Below, in pieces: positions 61,266 through 64,000 of a stretch of DNA of 64,000 nucleotides (position 1 is its first letter; every line of letters starts with the position of its first letter). The notes beneath the pieces are model-generated. The model worked only from the letters and a program-made list of their open reading frames with translations. It had not been told where the DNA came from and ran no database searches. Origin of the DNA: an uncultured Gammaproteobacteria bacterium (GTDB lineage: Bacteria; Patescibacteriota; Microgenomatia; Levybacterales; UBA12049); the NCBI GenBank assembly GCA_964564035.1, contig CAZLZN010000003.1, positions 13,995 through 77,994 of the forward strand. Direction: 5' to 3'. A program made the position numbers and the translations under genes.

Positions 61266-63296
61266 TTATATTCTAAACAGTCTCGATATAAGTTCCAAAA
61301 TTTTGGTAATTAATTCAAGAAGTATCAAAATTAACCCCCTGCTATTATCTCGACCCCCCGGATTTATTGGGACTGAACTTACCGCAGGTACAAATATAGT
61401 CGGAGAGGCACCTATCGGCGTGGTCACCTGTGGTGTAACTGAATTATTACCTGTCATAGTAGGACTTAAACTAATAAGCGGCACAAGCGTTACTCCGCCC
61501 GAAGCGGGCGCTCTCGTCAGCGTAATTGACGGCACGCATGGCCCGAGACAATTAAACGACGGCACGAGCACCCCCTCTTTATATATTGCTCTAAAAGTGG
61601 TCTTATTTACGGGTGTTTTAATTTTATGTACTGCCGGTCCCCGGTCCGACCAGGAATCAAATGTAAAAGTACGCCCGTCAATTTCAACAGTAGATTTGGC
61701 TCCGATTTCCCGCTCAAATCCTACAACGCCCTCAACCGAAAACGGCGTTTTTCTTGGCTGGCCGTCAATCGTCAGCTCAATTCCAGATGGCTCGCTAACA
61801 AAATCCATAATTGCGGTATTAGGCAGCACATCCCGGGTTATCTCCTTTGTCTCATTTCTGGAATTGGTAACCGATAAAAATATCCTGTACTTTATTGAGG
61901 GCTCGGCTTCACCTGTTACACCTGTTGTAAACAAACCTGTTTTACTTCCCGATGACCAGTCGGCAAAAGGATGAGTGTGGTCATTATGAACTGTCTCAAC
62001 CTTCCATCTAAAAGCGCTTGCAGGAATCGCGCCGTCCCGGGCATCTGTCGCGCTTCCCTCATAATTAATAGTATCTCCCGCAGTATATTTCGCGCCCTCA
62101 GCCGGAACATTAATCACTGCCTGAATAGATGTATTTACAGGCGCAGAAGTAACTGCCTGAGTTGGATTGGCCCCTGTTCCGTATTGAATTCTATATACAG
62201 ATCCCTTGCTGTAGCTTAGATAATAAATCTGCCCGTTACCGCCAACTCTCAAATCTACAGGACTACTAAGCCCGGTCACGAAATTTACAACCTGATTATT
62301 GGAAGGATTTAATCTCTTTATCCAATTACCCAGATAGTCTGCAAAAAAATAATTACCGTTATATTCAGGCGGATAATTTCCGCCGTTATAAAAAACCCCG
62401 CCCGTTATAGCTCGGCCAACACTGCGGCCGTAAGCGTGTATCGGATTTAGAAACCCTCTGTTACATGTGCCTTCACAGGTCGGCCATCCGTAATTTCCGC
62501 CCTTTTGGATATCATTAATTTCTTCAAAGCTTCCTCCTCCCACATCATTAACAAATATTTTACCGTTTGTACTGTTAATTGCAAAAGTAAACGGATTGCG
62601 AAGCCCATATGCCCAAATCGACCTATTTACACCGGTAGTACTTTGATAAAACGGATTATCCTCCGGAATAGTGCCGTCTTTATTAATCCTAAGCAGCTTG
62701 CCCGCTATTGTGTTTAGAGATTGAGAATTTGATGGCGTATGTCCTTCGCCAACTGCAATATATAATTTACCATCCGTCCCGAAATGAAGCGCTCCGCCGT
62801 TATGATATCCTGCTTGAGATGGAATATTATCAAGTATCACGCTCTGGCTTCCCGTAGCGGCAATATCCGGATTTGAAGCATCGGCAGTATATCTCACAAC
62901 TCTATTAACAGACCTGCCGCTATCCGTATAGTAAATATAAACAAATCTGTTTGCGGCAAACTCCGGATCAACAGCTATGCCAAGAAGTCCTCGTTCGCCG
63001 TCTGTTTTTACGCTAACCTGCAAAAATGACTGCGCAAGTAGAACTCCGTTCTTGACCACTCTCAGATTCCCTCCTTTTTCCGCGACCAATATTCTCCCGT
63101 CAGGCGTAAATTCCATAGTGGTCGGCTGTCTCAGACCCGTTACTACTTGAAATTCCTGAAAACCGGGGGGATATGTTTGAGCTCTCGAAGTAATAGTCTG
63201 TTTCTGCTGTCTTGCAAAATACATTGACATAGCAAGACCCGCAAAGAGTACCAGGGATAAAAACACCAAAACAACAGGCAGTATTCTTTTTGGCAT
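61266..63296 (-). CDS. Secreted PQQ-dependent sugar dehydrogenase-like beta-propeller (GSDH family) with Ig-like domain and T/P-rich C-terminal tail
   Basis: N-terminal TM/signal, then GERGLLGIAVDPEF..RFVYIYYT, GGALHFG.DGKLY and GLRNPF. A HTHPF-containing beta domain follows. The last 95 aa contain CLGPC, a PT-rich stretch, GGRD and a terminal helix. Confidence 0.7.
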   Translation of the reverse strand: MPKRILPVVLVFLSLVLFAGLAMSMYFARQQKQTITSRAQTYPPGFQEFQVVTGLRQPTTMEFTPDGRILVAEKGGNLRVVKNGVLLAQSFLQVSVKTDGERGLLGIAVDPEFAANRFVYIYYTDSGRSVNRVVRYTADASNPDIAATGSQSVILDNIPSQAGYHNGGALHFGTDGKLYIAVGEGHTPSNSQSLNTIAGKLLRINKDGTIPEDNPFYQSTTGVNRSIWAYGLRNPFTFAINSTNGKIFVNDVGGGSFEEINDIQKGGNYGWPTCEGTCNRGFLNPIHAYGRSVGRAITGGVFYNGGNYPPEYNGNYFFADYLGNWIKRLNPSNNQVVNFVTGLSSPVDLRVGGNGQIYYLSYSKGSVYRIQYGTGANPTQAVTSAPVNTSIQAVINVPAEGAKYTAGDTINYEGSATDARDGAIPASAFRWKVETVHNDHTHPFADWSSGSKTGLFTTGVTGEAEPSIKYRIFLSVTNSRNETKEITRDVLPNTAIMDFVSEPSGIELTIDGQPRKTPFSVEGVVGFEREIGAKSTVEIDGRTFTFDSWSDRGPAVHKIKTPVNKTTFRAIYKEGVLVPSFNCLGPCVPSITLTRAPASGGVTLVPLISLSPTMTGNNSVTPQVTTPIGASPTIFVPAVSSVPINPGGRDNSRGLILILLELITKILELISRLFRI

Positions 63297-63365
63297 GACT
63301 GTAATCAGTATGCAAGAAATTTAGAAGTGTGTCAAATAATCTATCACCAAAATTATGATATTTAT

Positions 63366-64000
63366 TTATATCGTGGTCTCGGGATAAACTGCGCGGAATT
63401 CACGAATTGCTGTTACTTTTACTTCACCCGGCACTGCAAGCGCTCGGCTGACTTCTTCCTGGATTTTGCGCGCGATCAAAAGTGTTTGCGAATCATCCAT
63501 TTTGCCCGGATTTAGTATCACACGAAGCTCCCGTCCTGCTTGGAACGCAAACGCATCCTCAACGCCCTCATATTTCTTCGCGATCTTCTCCATATCCGAA
63601 AGCCTGGTCGTATACTTCTCAAGCTCTTCATATCTGGCAAGCGGCCTCATAGCAGATATCGCGTCCGAAATATGAACAATTATTGATTCAATTGAAGAAA
63701 ATGGTCTGTCTTCATGATGCTCCGCAACACAGTTTATAACCTCTTCCGGAAAATTATACTTCTTCAAAAGCTCCACTCCGAGCTTAACATGACTTCCTTC
63801 TCCCTCAAGCACTTTACCGACATCATGGAACAAACATCCAAGCCTGATAATATCCGGATTTGCCCCTATTTCATGCGCGATATGCAGTCCTATCTTAGTC
63901 TCCTCAAGTGTATGCACCAAAAGATTTTGACCGTATGATGTGCGGAATTTCATTCGCCCCAGAATGGAATAAAGATCCGCCGGCAAATTATACACATCAA
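63366..64000 (-). CDS. rny: Ribonuclease Y (C-terminal HD-domain part; gene continues past the window end)
   Basis: FRTSYGQNLLVHTLE..GCLFHDVGK is the HD domain. The reading frame is open to the window edge. Confidence 0.8.
   Translation of the reverse strand, partial: DVYNLPADLYSILGRMKFRTSYGQNLLVHTLEETKIGLHIAHEIGANPDIIRLGCLFHDVGKVLEGEGSHVKLGVELLKKYNFPEEVINCVAEHHEDRPFSSIESIIVHISDAISAMRPLARYEELEKYTTRLSDMEKIAKKYEGVEDAFAFQAGRELRVILNPGKMDDSQTLLIARKIQEEVSRALAVPGEVKVTAIREFRAVYPETTI

Noticed and set aside
61255-61974. 239-aa plus-strand ORF
   Set aside because: It lies entirely antisense to the well-supported PQQ-dehydrogenase-like gene. Its S/T/G/P/V-rich translation is typical of a shadow frame.

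Overview
Gene-dense 64-kb bacterial window with about 60 protein genes and one RNase P RNA. I saw no rRNA, tRNA, CRISPR array, transposase or integrase. The standard code applies, since TGA is used as a stop. The short IF-2, archaeal-type mevalonate genes, a small VirB2-like pilin gene, K/N-rich insertions in conserved enzymes and many membrane-tethered exo-enzymes suggest a small-genome Patescibacteria/CPR-type organism; this is inference, as no database was searched.

Housekeeping content:
- Efflux and translation/RNA: MacAB-like efflux genes, tsaD, obg, rmuC, a UvrD-type helicase fused to a Cas4/AddB-type nuclease, rnpB, HU, nusA-infB, rpsO-pnp, RNase J, ftsK, a RodZ-like gene and RNase Y (partial).
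- Metal and stress: zur-znuACB, an ECF sigma factor and MscS.
- Other blocks: an AT-rich type I M+S methylase island, and a complete mevalonate pathway block with the archaeal-style thiolase / HMG-CoA synthase / DUF35 trio.

The stand-out region is 15998-30885, a tightly packed minus-strand cluster. It encodes a VirB2-like pilin and a 1919-aa polytopic membrane protein with about 11 copies of a roughly 90-aa 'IANP' repeat and a perfect 502-bp internal duplication. Next is a 1394-aa Hsp100/Clp ATPase whose ~520-aa C-terminal extension carries 4 copies of the same repeat. A membrane-tethered subtilase, a small membrane protein and a second membrane-anchored Clp-like ATPase with a degenerate first ATPase module complete it. 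I consider this the best candidate for an undescribed envelope-associated system.

Other observations:
- An RNase P RNA of about 595 nt.
- A candidate Zur operator (GCAA-N5-TTGC, three copies) controlling a Cys-less small-protein gene.
- A ~95-aa C-terminal tail shared by two secreted enzymes.
- Consensus promoters sitting 6-9 nt from ATG codons, suggesting leaderless mRNAs.
- A dispersed AT-rich 7-nt-periodic repeat family that also appears in frame inside conserved genes.

All calls rest on reading the translations and DNA by eye. Start codons and family assignments need HMM or BLAST confirmation.
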